In this document: piece after piece, positions 55,471 to 64,000 of the stretch
Numbering within the stretch: position 1 is the first letter of the stretch
Layout of the letters: every line of letters begins with the position of its first letter
Assembly: GCA_913058255.1 (NCBI GenBank)
Contig: CAJXQU010000004.1
Location: 95,302 to 159,301 of the forward strand
Length of the DNA: 64,000 nucleotides
Reading direction: 5' to 3'
Source: an uncultured Pseudomonadota bacterium
Lineage (GTDB): Bacteria; Pseudomonadota; Gammaproteobacteria; CAJXQU01
Notes under the pieces: generated by a model
Databases searched by the model: none
What the model was told of the DNA's origin: nothing
What the model saw: the letters and a program-made list of their open reading frames with translations, nothing else
Program-made: the position numbers and the translations under genes

Positions 55471-56154
55471 ATGTTTAAATCAAGTAAGCGTACTTCTAAT
55501 CGTTACCTTTTAGTTGTCACCCTCTCGTTATTTTTCACACCTTCTTACTCAATAGACCTTTTTGATATTGTCGGTGAGGTCGCGAGTGGCAGGATGGATG
55601 CTAAGAAGATTATTCGTGCAGCAAAGTCGATCGCAAAGGTTTCTACCGGTAGTGTCAAAAAGGGGGCCTCAACGCCGGAGGACAGTGAAGGTAAGGTGGT
55701 TTTATATACTGCTGATTATTGTGGTTATTGCCGACAGGCGATGGCTCATGTAGAAAGTAAAGGTATTCCCCATATCCAAAAGGATATTGAGTTCGATAGT
55801 GATAACAATGCAGAATTTAAGAGTCTAGGCGGTAACGGAGTTCCGTTTATTCTTATGGGTGAAAAGAGCATGAGTGGTTTTTCTAATGCAAGTTTTGATC
55901 GAATGTATGCACAGTTTAAGAAAGAAGTTAAAGCCATAGAGAAAAGCAAGCCAAAAGTATATGTTGCTGGTGATGTGCTGATTGGGAAACTTGCTAAGGT
56001 TTCTGTGTATATAAAAGCAAGTAAGACATCAAAAATCATCACTAAGATTACAAGCGATGCTCCTGGTGTTTACATGGGAGAAGAAAGTAATGGATTTTTC
56101 TCAGTAACAACCGATGCTGGAGATGGTTGGGTTGATAAGCTTTTGATTAAGTAG
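55471..56154 (+). CDS. Exported glutaredoxin-like protein with a C-terminal SH3b-like domain
   Basis: Signal/TM, YTADYCGYC, GVPFI; C-terminal ...FFSVTTDAGDGWV. Confidence 0.75.
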   Translation: MFKSSKRTSNRYLLVVTLSLFFTPSYSIDLFDIVGEVASGRMDAKKIIRAAKSIAKVSTGSVKKGASTPEDSEGKVVLYTADYCGYCRQAMAHVESKGIPHIQKDIEFDSDNNAEFKSLGGNGVPFILMGEKSMSGFSNASFDRMYAQFKKEVKAIEKSKPKVYVAGDVLIGKLAKVSVYIKASKTSKIITKITSDAPGVYMGEESNGFFSVTTDAGDGWVDKLLIK

Positions 56155-56419
56155 GTTTAATAGAAGCCTTTCAGATAAGAGTTTTGTTGATGTGAACTTT
56201 TTAATAAGTGTTCATGGTTTTGGCCAAAATAGCTTTATTGGTTGTTTAGTAGTCGCTTTTTTTCTGTTTTCACAAGTGAAACTTTAAGATAAATAGATAA
56301 AAGTGGTACTGGCGAACGAATATCGTTTGAATCTCTATTATTGATGATTTAAAAAAAAGCATCAGCCATATCAACTATTTCTAGAGGTGTGTGATGGTGA
56401 GAGTTGTAAACCATATTTT

Positions 56420-57985
56420 ATGAGAAATAAAATGGGTAATTTATATAGAGCACTATTCTATTCTTTTATTTTTATGATGGCGCCATCTCTATATGCGCAA
56501 TCATCATGGACGATCAATAAATATAAGATTGTGCAACAATCTCCAGACGAAAAGAGACATTCAGCGAAACAAGAGGCTGCTCTCCAAAAGGAACGTGATG
56601 AAGACTTTTCAGGTCAAATTCCCGGACTTCGGACAGCCCAAATTAAAGAGCTAGAGAACTACCTAGAAGATGTTGGTAAAAAATATCAAAAACTAGGGTT
56701 CAATGAGCCAAGTATCACCACTAAGACAAAAAAAAATGATGCTTATGAAATATTTTTTCATGATTATCCGGATACTTATCCGGTAGCTTATTTTCTTCAG
56801 AAATATTCTGTAAGTGGAGTTGTTAAGCAAGCAACACATATCAGAGATAATATTTCTTTAGATAGTTCACGAGCTATCCCAAAATCTAATAATTTTAATT
56901 TAACATCAAAAGCCTATGAAGATTTAGCTCATGAGCTTTTTCATGCCATTCAAAAAAGTTATCCCGTGTTTAAGAGTCATAGTGACTTAGGCGACTGGAT
57001 TACTGAAGGAACAGCGACTGCTATAGGCGAAGATATTGCCCTTCAGCTTGGGAAATTAAATGTTGTTGATCGATGGGGGAGCTCAAAGAGTTCATCTATG
57101 CGTCGTTGGGGGTTACGTACTTATTCAAATACCTTATGGGTTCCTGATCTAGAAGGTGAAGTGTCTACACTTTATTCCAGCCAAGAAGGCCATCGGACAT
57201 CTGGCTTTTGGCGATTTATTGGTGAGTATATTAGTAGTGGTGGACATCCTGGTGTTGAGCAGGTGAAGCCTCCCAGTTATAGATATCTAGCCAAGTTATT
57301 TGAAAGACCTATTTATGGACCAACAAATGACTTAAAAGAACTTGATTGGTTGGACTCTTTTCTCAAAGAGAATAAGAGCCAAGTTGGTAAAGGATTAGGC
57401 TCAATTTATCCGTACTTTATTACTGTTTTTACTCATTACGCAACGGGACGGATGAAATTTAAACGGAAGGCCATAATCAATGCATGGCACAAGTGCTTAT
57501 TTACGAGTGGGTTAGATTGCCGTAAGACAATTGACATAAAGTCTGATCAGGAAGCTTGCGAAAAAGTGACTATTGATGAAAGTGCTACAGCAAAAGAATC
57601 ATCGACCATAGATTTTCGCCCCGTGTCTGGGCGCTGTATTAAAGTCGAGTACTCAGGCTCTTCAGTAACCTTAGATACTACGATAAAGATAGAAAGTGAC
57701 GATGAGAATGTTGTTAAGTCAATCCGAAATATTGGGATGCAAACCAAGAATAAAAAAATAAAGGTTTTAGTTTCGAAGATTGGTCAATTAGCAGGTGGTA
57801 CATTTTTTGGGGAGTGGACATTTCAAAATGTAGTCTTTCAAAGGGAAACACGTAATGGAGAACAAGCTGTCTTGTTTTTAGTATCAAATGTTGCAGAGTT
57901 TGCATCAGAAACAGCCGAGAGTCCCAGTGTTAAATTTACTTTTAACTATTCCATGAGTAAGACAAACCTTAATCTTTCAAAATAA
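56420..57985 (+). CDS. Hypothetical secreted zinc metalloprotease-like protein (start uncertain, 56387-56432)
   Basis: Signal peptide and LAHELFHAIQ...WITEGTA gluzincin-type motif. Confidence 0.65.
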   Translation: MRNKMGNLYRALFYSFIFMMAPSLYAQSSWTINKYKIVQQSPDEKRHSAKQEAALQKERDEDFSGQIPGLRTAQIKELENYLEDVGKKYQKLGFNEPSITTKTKKNDAYEIFFHDYPDTYPVAYFLQKYSVSGVVKQATHIRDNISLDSSRAIPKSNNFNLTSKAYEDLAHELFHAIQKSYPVFKSHSDLGDWITEGTATAIGEDIALQLGKLNVVDRWGSSKSSSMRRWGLRTYSNTLWVPDLEGEVSTLYSSQEGHRTSGFWRFIGEYISSGGHPGVEQVKPPSYRYLAKLFERPIYGPTNDLKELDWLDSFLKENKSQVGKGLGSIYPYFITVFTHYATGRMKFKRKAIINAWHKCLFTSGLDCRKTIDIKSDQEACEKVTIDESATAKESSTIDFRPVSGRCIKVEYSGSSVTLDTTIKIESDDENVVKSIRNIGMQTKNKKIKVLVSKIGQLAGGTFFGEWTFQNVVFQRETRNGEQAVLFLVSNVAEFASETAESPSVKFTFNYSMSKTNLNLSK

Positions 57986-58043
57986 GTTAAAAATACCCGA
58001 TATCTTTATATGATATTACTGTTAATAGGCTAAGGTTTAAGAT

Positions 58044-59303
58044 ATGAAAAAATTGAGTTTTATAATAACTTTATTTACGCTAAATATTTTTTTTCCAAAC
58101 ATCGTTCAAGCAGAATCATTCACGAACTACACTGCTTTAGCCGGTGAAACACAGCGATCACCGAATGTTAAAATTAGAAAGAACTGTAAACACTATTATT
58201 GTGGACCTATTAGTACGATTAATATTTCTATGGATTCAATACTTGAGGAAGATTTACATAATTATAATGCTGGAGATAACAATAGCTTTGAGCAAATGAT
58301 TGGAAAGGGAGAGGAAGTTGATAAGTATGCCCCCGCTGCTGTTATGAAAGAGATGATCGAAGCCCAACGGAGGGCTGAAAACGGCACTAAAATCACGATC
58401 AAAATCCCACTAATTGATTATGGCTACTCAGGAACATTTAATAATGTTTTGATTAAGGTCTCTTCAAAAGGTGAGGCTTACAAAAGTACCATTCAAGACT
58501 TGGTCGGTGGTGAGGTTACAGAGCTAACAGGAACGGTTAATATCGAAACCTATTCTCCGTTTGTATTAAAAGGTAGTTATACGGCGAGTTTAAAACAATA
58601 TAAAGCGATAGACCCTCGAGAGCTAAAATGTCCAGCGTTCTCAGATCCTTCAACACCCCCTTGTATTAAATTCACATTAGAAGGCACTGGTTCTATTGAT
58701 GGAGAATTTAACATTGTAAGCCCTTGGAAAGATGATGATCGCATCAATGATAGTCTTGATATTAATTCATCTTTTGTTGATCCGATTAAAAATGACATTA
58801 AAGGCATGCTTGTCCAATATCAAATTGATATTGATGTTGATAAAGAATTCGAAAAGATAGAAGGAAATAGACGGCAGTCGAAAGGCTCACGATCTAGTGG
58901 AGGTAGTGTTTATGGAGACTGTAACTGTAGTTGTAATTTTTCAAGCTCAGCGACAGAAAAATGCAAGACTTCCTGTCGTCGAGTATTTGAAGCTTGTAAT
59001 GGGGTTAGGTACTCCCCAGTAAAAAGAAAAATAGTTAATATAGATAAAACTAATGTTATTTCAACGTTACCCAAAGTGCCTGGAGGTAAACTATTTGGAG
59101 TAGATCAAGCTTTGGTTGATAGCCTTGAACAAGGCACTGCGGAAATACCTTCAAACTTACGCGACAAGTATATTGCGACATTAAAAACTAAGCTGCCTGG
59201 GCCAGAGAACATGCCAATGAGAGACATGATGTTAAAAGGTTTTGACGAAATGCCGGATGATAAATCTAAAATGTTTATGCTTATGAGCATTGAAGGGATG
59301 TGA
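58044..59303 (+). CDS. Hypothetical secreted Cys-containing protein
   Basis: Signal peptide (VQA/ES) and a CNCSC...CKTSC...C cluster. Confidence 0.7.
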   Translation: MKKLSFIITLFTLNIFFPNIVQAESFTNYTALAGETQRSPNVKIRKNCKHYYCGPISTINISMDSILEEDLHNYNAGDNNSFEQMIGKGEEVDKYAPAAVMKEMIEAQRRAENGTKITIKIPLIDYGYSGTFNNVLIKVSSKGEAYKSTIQDLVGGEVTELTGTVNIETYSPFVLKGSYTASLKQYKAIDPRELKCPAFSDPSTPPCIKFTLEGTGSIDGEFNIVSPWKDDDRINDSLDINSSFVDPIKNDIKGMLVQYQIDIDVDKEFEKIEGNRRQSKGSRSSGGSVYGDCNCSCNFSSSATEKCKTSCRRVFEACNGVRYSPVKRKIVNIDKTNVISTLPKVPGGKLFGVDQALVDSLEQGTAEIPSNLRDKYIATLKTKLPGPENMPMRDMMLKGFDEMPDDKSKMFMLMSIEGM

Positions 59304-59470
59304 ATTAAGATTTATGAATCTACGAGCCATAAGGTGCCCGTCCTACCAAATAGATCTGAGCCATATAATTATGCTCGATTACTGTTCTAATAAATCCAAT
59401 GTTATATGAGTGGCAAGAAAATTTTAGTACTTACTCACCTTAATAACTAAAATTTTCAATCTAAAATACT

Positions 59471-59506
59471 ATGAGATCTGACAGTGAAAACACGGCCAGA
59501 TCTCGT
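59471..59506. terminator. Stem-loop between convergent genes
   Basis: GAGATCTG...CAGATCTC inverted repeat. Confidence 0.5.
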
Positions 59507-59523
59507 GAGCGATTATTAAATTC

Positions 59524-60540
59524 CTATTGATCGTTGGTTATTACAACCTTGCCAAAATGTTTTGCCGAAGCTAAATACTGATAAGCCGCTAAAGAGTCAT
59601 TAAATGTGAATGTTTTATCAATGACAGGCTTGATATTTTGTTCTGAGATGAGTTTATTCATCGCAGTAAACATTTCAACACTCCCGACATAAATGCCTTG
59701 TACTCGTAGTAGGTTAAAGACGACCGATAGGTTAAAGGCAGCGCCTTCTGCACCGGTCAGTAAACCGATCATGGAGACGGTACCGTTCACCTTGGTTGAG
59801 GCTATCGATTTTTCAAAAGTGCCGACACCACCGACTTCCAAGACATTATCAACTCCCTTACCATCAGTAAGGTTAAGAACTTCCTGCTCCCAATCAGGGT
59901 GGTTAACATAGTTGATGGTATAATCTGCCCCCATTGATTTAGCACGTTCCAGTTTCTCATCGCTGGAAGAAGTGATGATCACATTTGCTCCCATTGCTTT
60001 GGCGAATTGCAAAGCAAATATAGAAACGCCTCCGGTGCCGAGTAATAAAATGGTTTCACCCGCTTGAAGATTTCCTTGTGCAACCAAGGCATGCCATGCC
60101 GTTACGGCGGCACAAGGTAGGGTTGATGCTTCTTCAAATGAGAGGTGTTCGGGGATGGCAACGGCGGCATTTGCTTTCAACACAAAATAATCTGCGAGCA
60201 CACCATTAATCGAGCCACCTAAAGCGGAATGTAGCCCTGCGTCGTTCATCGACCCATCGATCCACTCTTGAAAAAAGTTTCCTGCAACACGAGCACCGAC
60301 TTGAATATTGTTGACGGCATCACCAATCGCGACAACCTCACCAGCGCCATCTGAGATGGGAATAATCGGTCGAACATCGTTGCGTACATAACCGCCGAGA
60401 GGGATTAATAGATCACGGAAGTTGAGCGAGCAGGCTTTCATTTTTACTAGCACTTCATCTGCCGCTATTGTCGGTGTTTCTTGATCGATAAGCTTTATAT
60501 CTTCTACGCCATTTGCCGTTTGAACTTGATATGCTCGCAT
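59524..60540 (-). CDS. NAD(P)-dependent MDR-family alcohol dehydrogenase-like oxidoreductase
   Basis: SLNFRD, PISDGAG, LPCAAVTAW, GTGGVS and HFGKVV motifs. Confidence 0.9.
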   Translation of the reverse strand: MRAYQVQTANGVEDIKLIDQETPTIAADEVLVKMKACSLNFRDLLIPLGGYVRNDVRPIIPISDGAGEVVAIGDAVNNIQVGARVAGNFFQEWIDGSMNDAGLHSALGGSINGVLADYFVLKANAAVAIPEHLSFEEASTLPCAAVTAWHALVAQGNLQAGETILLLGTGGVSIFALQFAKAMGANVIITSSSDEKLERAKSMGADYTINYVNHPDWEQEVLNLTDGKGVDNVLEVGGVGTFEKSIASTKVNGTVSMIGLLTGAEGAAFNLSVVFNLLRVQGIYVGSVEMFTAMNKLISEQNIKPVIDKTFTFNDSLAAYQYLASAKHFGKVVITNDQ

Positions 60541-60754
60541 AAAGTTACTCTCTAATATTTTCTTTAAAAATAGGTTGCGGAAAGTTTAAAACACACATAG
60601 TGGATTTACGATCTAGCTTGTATGATTTTTATGAACCATTCAAGAGATAAAACTGTTTCGGTTTATACGACTATCAATGGCTGTTTTTGTGCAATAGGTA
60701 ATGTAATACCGGTAAAGTACACCTTAAGTAAAGAGTGACGAGATGGCTTGATGC

Positions 60755-62455
60755 TTAATGAGGTTTATCCCACTCAGGACTAATCTCAGCATAATATTCA
60801 TCTCTAAATTGATTCACGATCTGATCGATGTCTGTACTCTCAAACCCATATTGTCCCATCGCTGCTGCACCCAGTTGTAAACTTGTTTCCATCGTTTCAG
60901 AGATGGCTAATGTTGCACCTGCATGCTGGAGTTTATGACAATGCTCTTGATTATGAGCACGGGCAAAAATTTTCAGCTTTGGGTAATGCTCATGAGCAAT
61001 AGTTACGAGTCGTTCTGTAGCCTCTAGGTCATCGAGCGTAATGATCAGTGCTTTAGCCTCTGCCGCCCCAGCTGCCTTGAGGATTTCTGCTCGACTGACG
61101 TCACCGAAGAATACAGGGATCCCCCGCGCATGTAAGCGCGCAATCCGCTCGGCTTTATTATCAAGTGCGACGTAAGGTGTTTTGCTACGATCAAGAAGTT
61201 TCGCTACACGACGACCGACTCGACCAAACCCCGCAATAATGACTTTTGGTGTTTTTTCTAATGTGTTGATTTCACTTAGGGGATGTTTGTTTGATCGACT
61301 GATGTATTGACGGTCAAGCTTCCCTAGTAGCTTTTCTAATAGAGGCGTTGATGCCATCGACAGAGCGACAACGACGGTTAGCAATTGCGATAGTTCGGTT
61401 GACATAATGCCTTGCATGGTCGCCAAGCCAAAGAGTATGAAAGCAAACTCACCACTTTGTGAAAGTAATACAGCGATATGCATACGATCGCTCATATTGG
61501 CCCCGAATACTTTACTGAGCAGAGCCAGTATAAGAATTTTCAAGGTTAACAGCCCAACCAATAGGCCAAAAATTAACCAACCTTGAACGCCGAGTAGGCC
61601 AAAATCGATCGCCATCCCGACAGACATAAAAAACAGGCCAAGTAATATGGCGCGGAATGGATTTATATCAGCTGTGATCTGATGACGAAACTGTGATTCT
61701 GAGAGCATTAAGCCCGCTAAAAATGCCCCCAAAGCCATTGATAATCCCGCTTTTTCCATGAGCCAGCCAGTACCAAGGAGCGCTAGTATTGCTGCTGCGA
61801 TAAAAACTTCGGCTGCGTGGCTGCTTGCAACAATCCGTAAGAAAGGATTAAGCAAATAACGGCCAATAAGGAGAACTACAAAGATGGCGACCACGGCATC
61901 GAGTAAGGCAAACTCAACTCCGACAACAACGGAAGTGTCTTCTGCGAGTAATGAAACCAGTGTTAAAAGTGGAACGACAGCAAGGTCTTGGAGTAATAGT
62001 ATAGAGAATGCTGTACGACCGTAGTGAGTATTCAGCTCACGATTTTCTGTGAGTAATTGCATCGCGAAAGCAGTGGAAGATAAGGCCAAAGCAAAACCTG
62101 TGATAATCGCTGCTCGTACCTCAACTCCTAGAAAATAAGCAACAGTGGTGATCAGCAAGCCAGTTATCATGACTTGTAAACTTCCTAGCCCGAAGACTAA
62201 ACGTCGCATGCGCCAAAGTCTGGAAGGTTTGAGTTCTATTCCGATCAGAAATAACAGAAAAATCACGCCAAATTCTGCGATATGGCGAATGTCTTCAACG
62301 GCACTGATCAAACTAAAGCCCCAAGGGCCAACAATAGCGCCAGCGATTAAATAACCAAGTACGGTTCCAAGTTTGAGAAAACGAAACAGGGGTACTGTCA
62401 GCACAACGGCTATTAATAAAATTAAGATCTGAACAAGAATATTATTGTCATGCAT
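60755..62455 (-). CDS. CPA2 K+/H+ antiporter, KefB/KefC-like
   Basis: LLLQDLAV and SQSGEFAF motifs; KTN domain GFGRVG. Confidence 0.92.
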   Translation of the reverse strand: MHDNNILVQILILLIAVVLTVPLFRFLKLGTVLGYLIAGAIVGPWGFSLISAVEDIRHIAEFGVIFLLFLIGIELKPSRLWRMRRLVFGLGSLQVMITGLLITTVAYFLGVEVRAAIITGFALALSSTAFAMQLLTENRELNTHYGRTAFSILLLQDLAVVPLLTLVSLLAEDTSVVVGVEFALLDAVVAIFVVLLIGRYLLNPFLRIVASSHAAEVFIAAAILALLGTGWLMEKAGLSMALGAFLAGLMLSESQFRHQITADINPFRAILLGLFFMSVGMAIDFGLLGVQGWLIFGLLVGLLTLKILILALLSKVFGANMSDRMHIAVLLSQSGEFAFILFGLATMQGIMSTELSQLLTVVVALSMASTPLLEKLLGKLDRQYISRSNKHPLSEINTLEKTPKVIIAGFGRVGRRVAKLLDRSKTPYVALDNKAERIARLHARGIPVFFGDVSRAEILKAAGAAEAKALIITLDDLEATERLVTIAHEHYPKLKIFARAHNQEHCHKLQHAGATLAISETMETSLQLGAAAMGQYGFESTDIDQIVNQFRDEYYAEISPEWDKPH

Positions 62456-62829
62456 AAGCCATCAACTTAATTAAGTCATAAATTACCGAGCTTGTTTCTG
62501 ATATGTTCGATATAAGCAAGTAAATACCACGTAAAATATAATGTGATCATATATGAACATTATGCATAAAAGCTAGCGGGTCATTTTATGTCTCCAACAA
62601 TATCTGAAAGGAAGGTGATGATATTTTCATATCGATAGCTACAAGCTTTAGAGGTTGTTTATCTTACAAAAGGTGTCGAGCTTGATATGATTAGTTGAAT
62701 ACTGACAGAGTTCGGTAAACTATTATCAAACATATCTATGCCATTGTAAGTGATGAATTCACTCTTAAATATGAAGAACATTTTACCCTCTACATGAACT
62801 TAACTCGTGATTAATAATTAAGGAGAGGA

Positions 62830-63834
62830 ATGGATCCTTTAACTCAAGGTATCGTTGGTGCCATTACGGCACAGTCCATAACACAACGCTCACAATTAGC
62901 ACTTGCTGCTATTTGCGGCGCACTAGCAGGCATGGCGGCAGATCTTGATGTTTTAATACACTCAACTCACGATCCCCTTTTAGCGCTGGAGTTTCATCGA
63001 CAGTTCACGCACTCATTATTCTTTATTCCCATTGGAGGAGCTTTGTGCGCAACTATTTTTTGGTGGGTGTTTACTAGACGATCTAACGTCTCATTTAAAT
63101 TAACATTACTTTGGAGTACGTTAGGTTACGCTACACATGGACTTTTAGATGGCTGTACAAGCTATGGAACGCAACTCTTGTGGCCACTTTCTGATGCTCG
63201 ATACAGCATAGATATAGTTTCTGTTATCGATCCATTGTTTACCCTACCTGCTTTGGCATGTCTCGTTATGAGTACAATTTATAAACGACCTGTCTGGGTG
63301 TTGGCTGCTGTGTTCTGGTGTGTGTTGTACTTGTTTATTGGGTTCATTCAACATAACCGAGCTATAACGTTGGGAACGGAGCAAGCGCAATTACGTGGAC
63401 ACACTCCCGTGCGGTTAGAGGCAAAACCGAGCTTTGCAAACTTAATGGTCTGGAAAATCGTGTATGAAGCAAAAGGCCGTTTTTTTGTTTTAGCTGTTCG
63501 CCCAGGTTGGAAAGCTACAAAAATATGGGAAGGGGATAGCGTACAGAAGTTAAACGTGCAGCGTGATCTGCCTTGGCTAGATCCAGACTCACAACAAGCA
63601 AAAGATATTTCACGGTTTAGCTGGTTCTCGAGTGGCTTTATTGCGCTTGATAGAAATGATCCTACTCACATAGTCGATATGCGTTATTCTCTCTTGCCTG
63701 ATCAAATTAAACCGCTCTGGTGGATTAAATTATCAGCGGATGCAACATCGGATGAACACGTTCACTTTGAAACGGGACGTGGCGAAGGACGACAAAGCGC
63801 ATTGGCTTTATGGAAAATGATCACAGGGAAATGA
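62830..63834 (+). CDS. Inner-membrane metal-dependent hydrolase (YdjM-like)
   Basis: MDPLTQ, DLD, HRQFTHS, THGLLD..TSYGT motifs. Confidence 0.88.
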   Translation: MDPLTQGIVGAITAQSITQRSQLALAAICGALAGMAADLDVLIHSTHDPLLALEFHRQFTHSLFFIPIGGALCATIFWWVFTRRSNVSFKLTLLWSTLGYATHGLLDGCTSYGTQLLWPLSDARYSIDIVSVIDPLFTLPALACLVMSTIYKRPVWVLAAVFWCVLYLFIGFIQHNRAITLGTEQAQLRGHTPVRLEAKPSFANLMVWKIVYEAKGRFFVLAVRPGWKATKIWEGDSVQKLNVQRDLPWLDPDSQQAKDISRFSWFSSGFIALDRNDPTHIVDMRYSLLPDQIKPLWWIKLSADATSDEHVHFETGRGEGRQSALALWKMITGK

Positions 63835-64000
63835 ATCATTGTTTAAAAAAATGACTTTAGTGTGACTCAAGATCTAGATGGATTTTCGTATCGAAGCTTA
63901 AAAAAATGAAAGAAATGCTGATCTATCAAGTTTAGATGGTTAAGTTAGATCTGAGACGCGTAGAATGTAAGCCATTCCTATCAATTGATAGTCCATAGGG

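Overview
Chromosomal window from a non-enteric, probably marine gammaproteobacterium (inferred from gene content). 1-16 kb is housekeeping: ssb (partial), MFS, uvrA, PfkB kinase, ispH, pilE, thiO-like, recJ, REC-GGDEF-EAL, frameshifted prfB and lysS. An accessory region lies between lysS and recN (16-27.4 kb). It holds an MCP, an FmdC-like porin, a decayed IS1016-group (IS1595 family) element, an H-NOX/histidine kinase pair, a minus-strand run of decayed attC-like sites without an integrase (cargo: CDGSH-glutamate synthase-like gene, nnrU), a RAYT/Y1 transposase with duplicated ends, and a small membrane protein ending in a Cas9-like RuvC-I segment. Next come recN-nadK and the CIRCE/sigma32-controlled hrcA-grpE-dnaK-dnaJ-dapB genes. 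A ~19 kb denitrification island follows: porin, napFDABC, dnr, norCB with a duplicated membrane protein/NorE/NorF module, hemerythrin, norQ, norD, nirK, Cu chaperones and cytochrome c, with six DNR/FNR boxes. The window ends with uncharacterised secreted proteins, an MDR dehydrogenase, a Kef-type antiporter and a membrane hydrolase. No rRNA, tRNA or CRISPR array was seen. All calls come from reading the sequence; no database searches were run.
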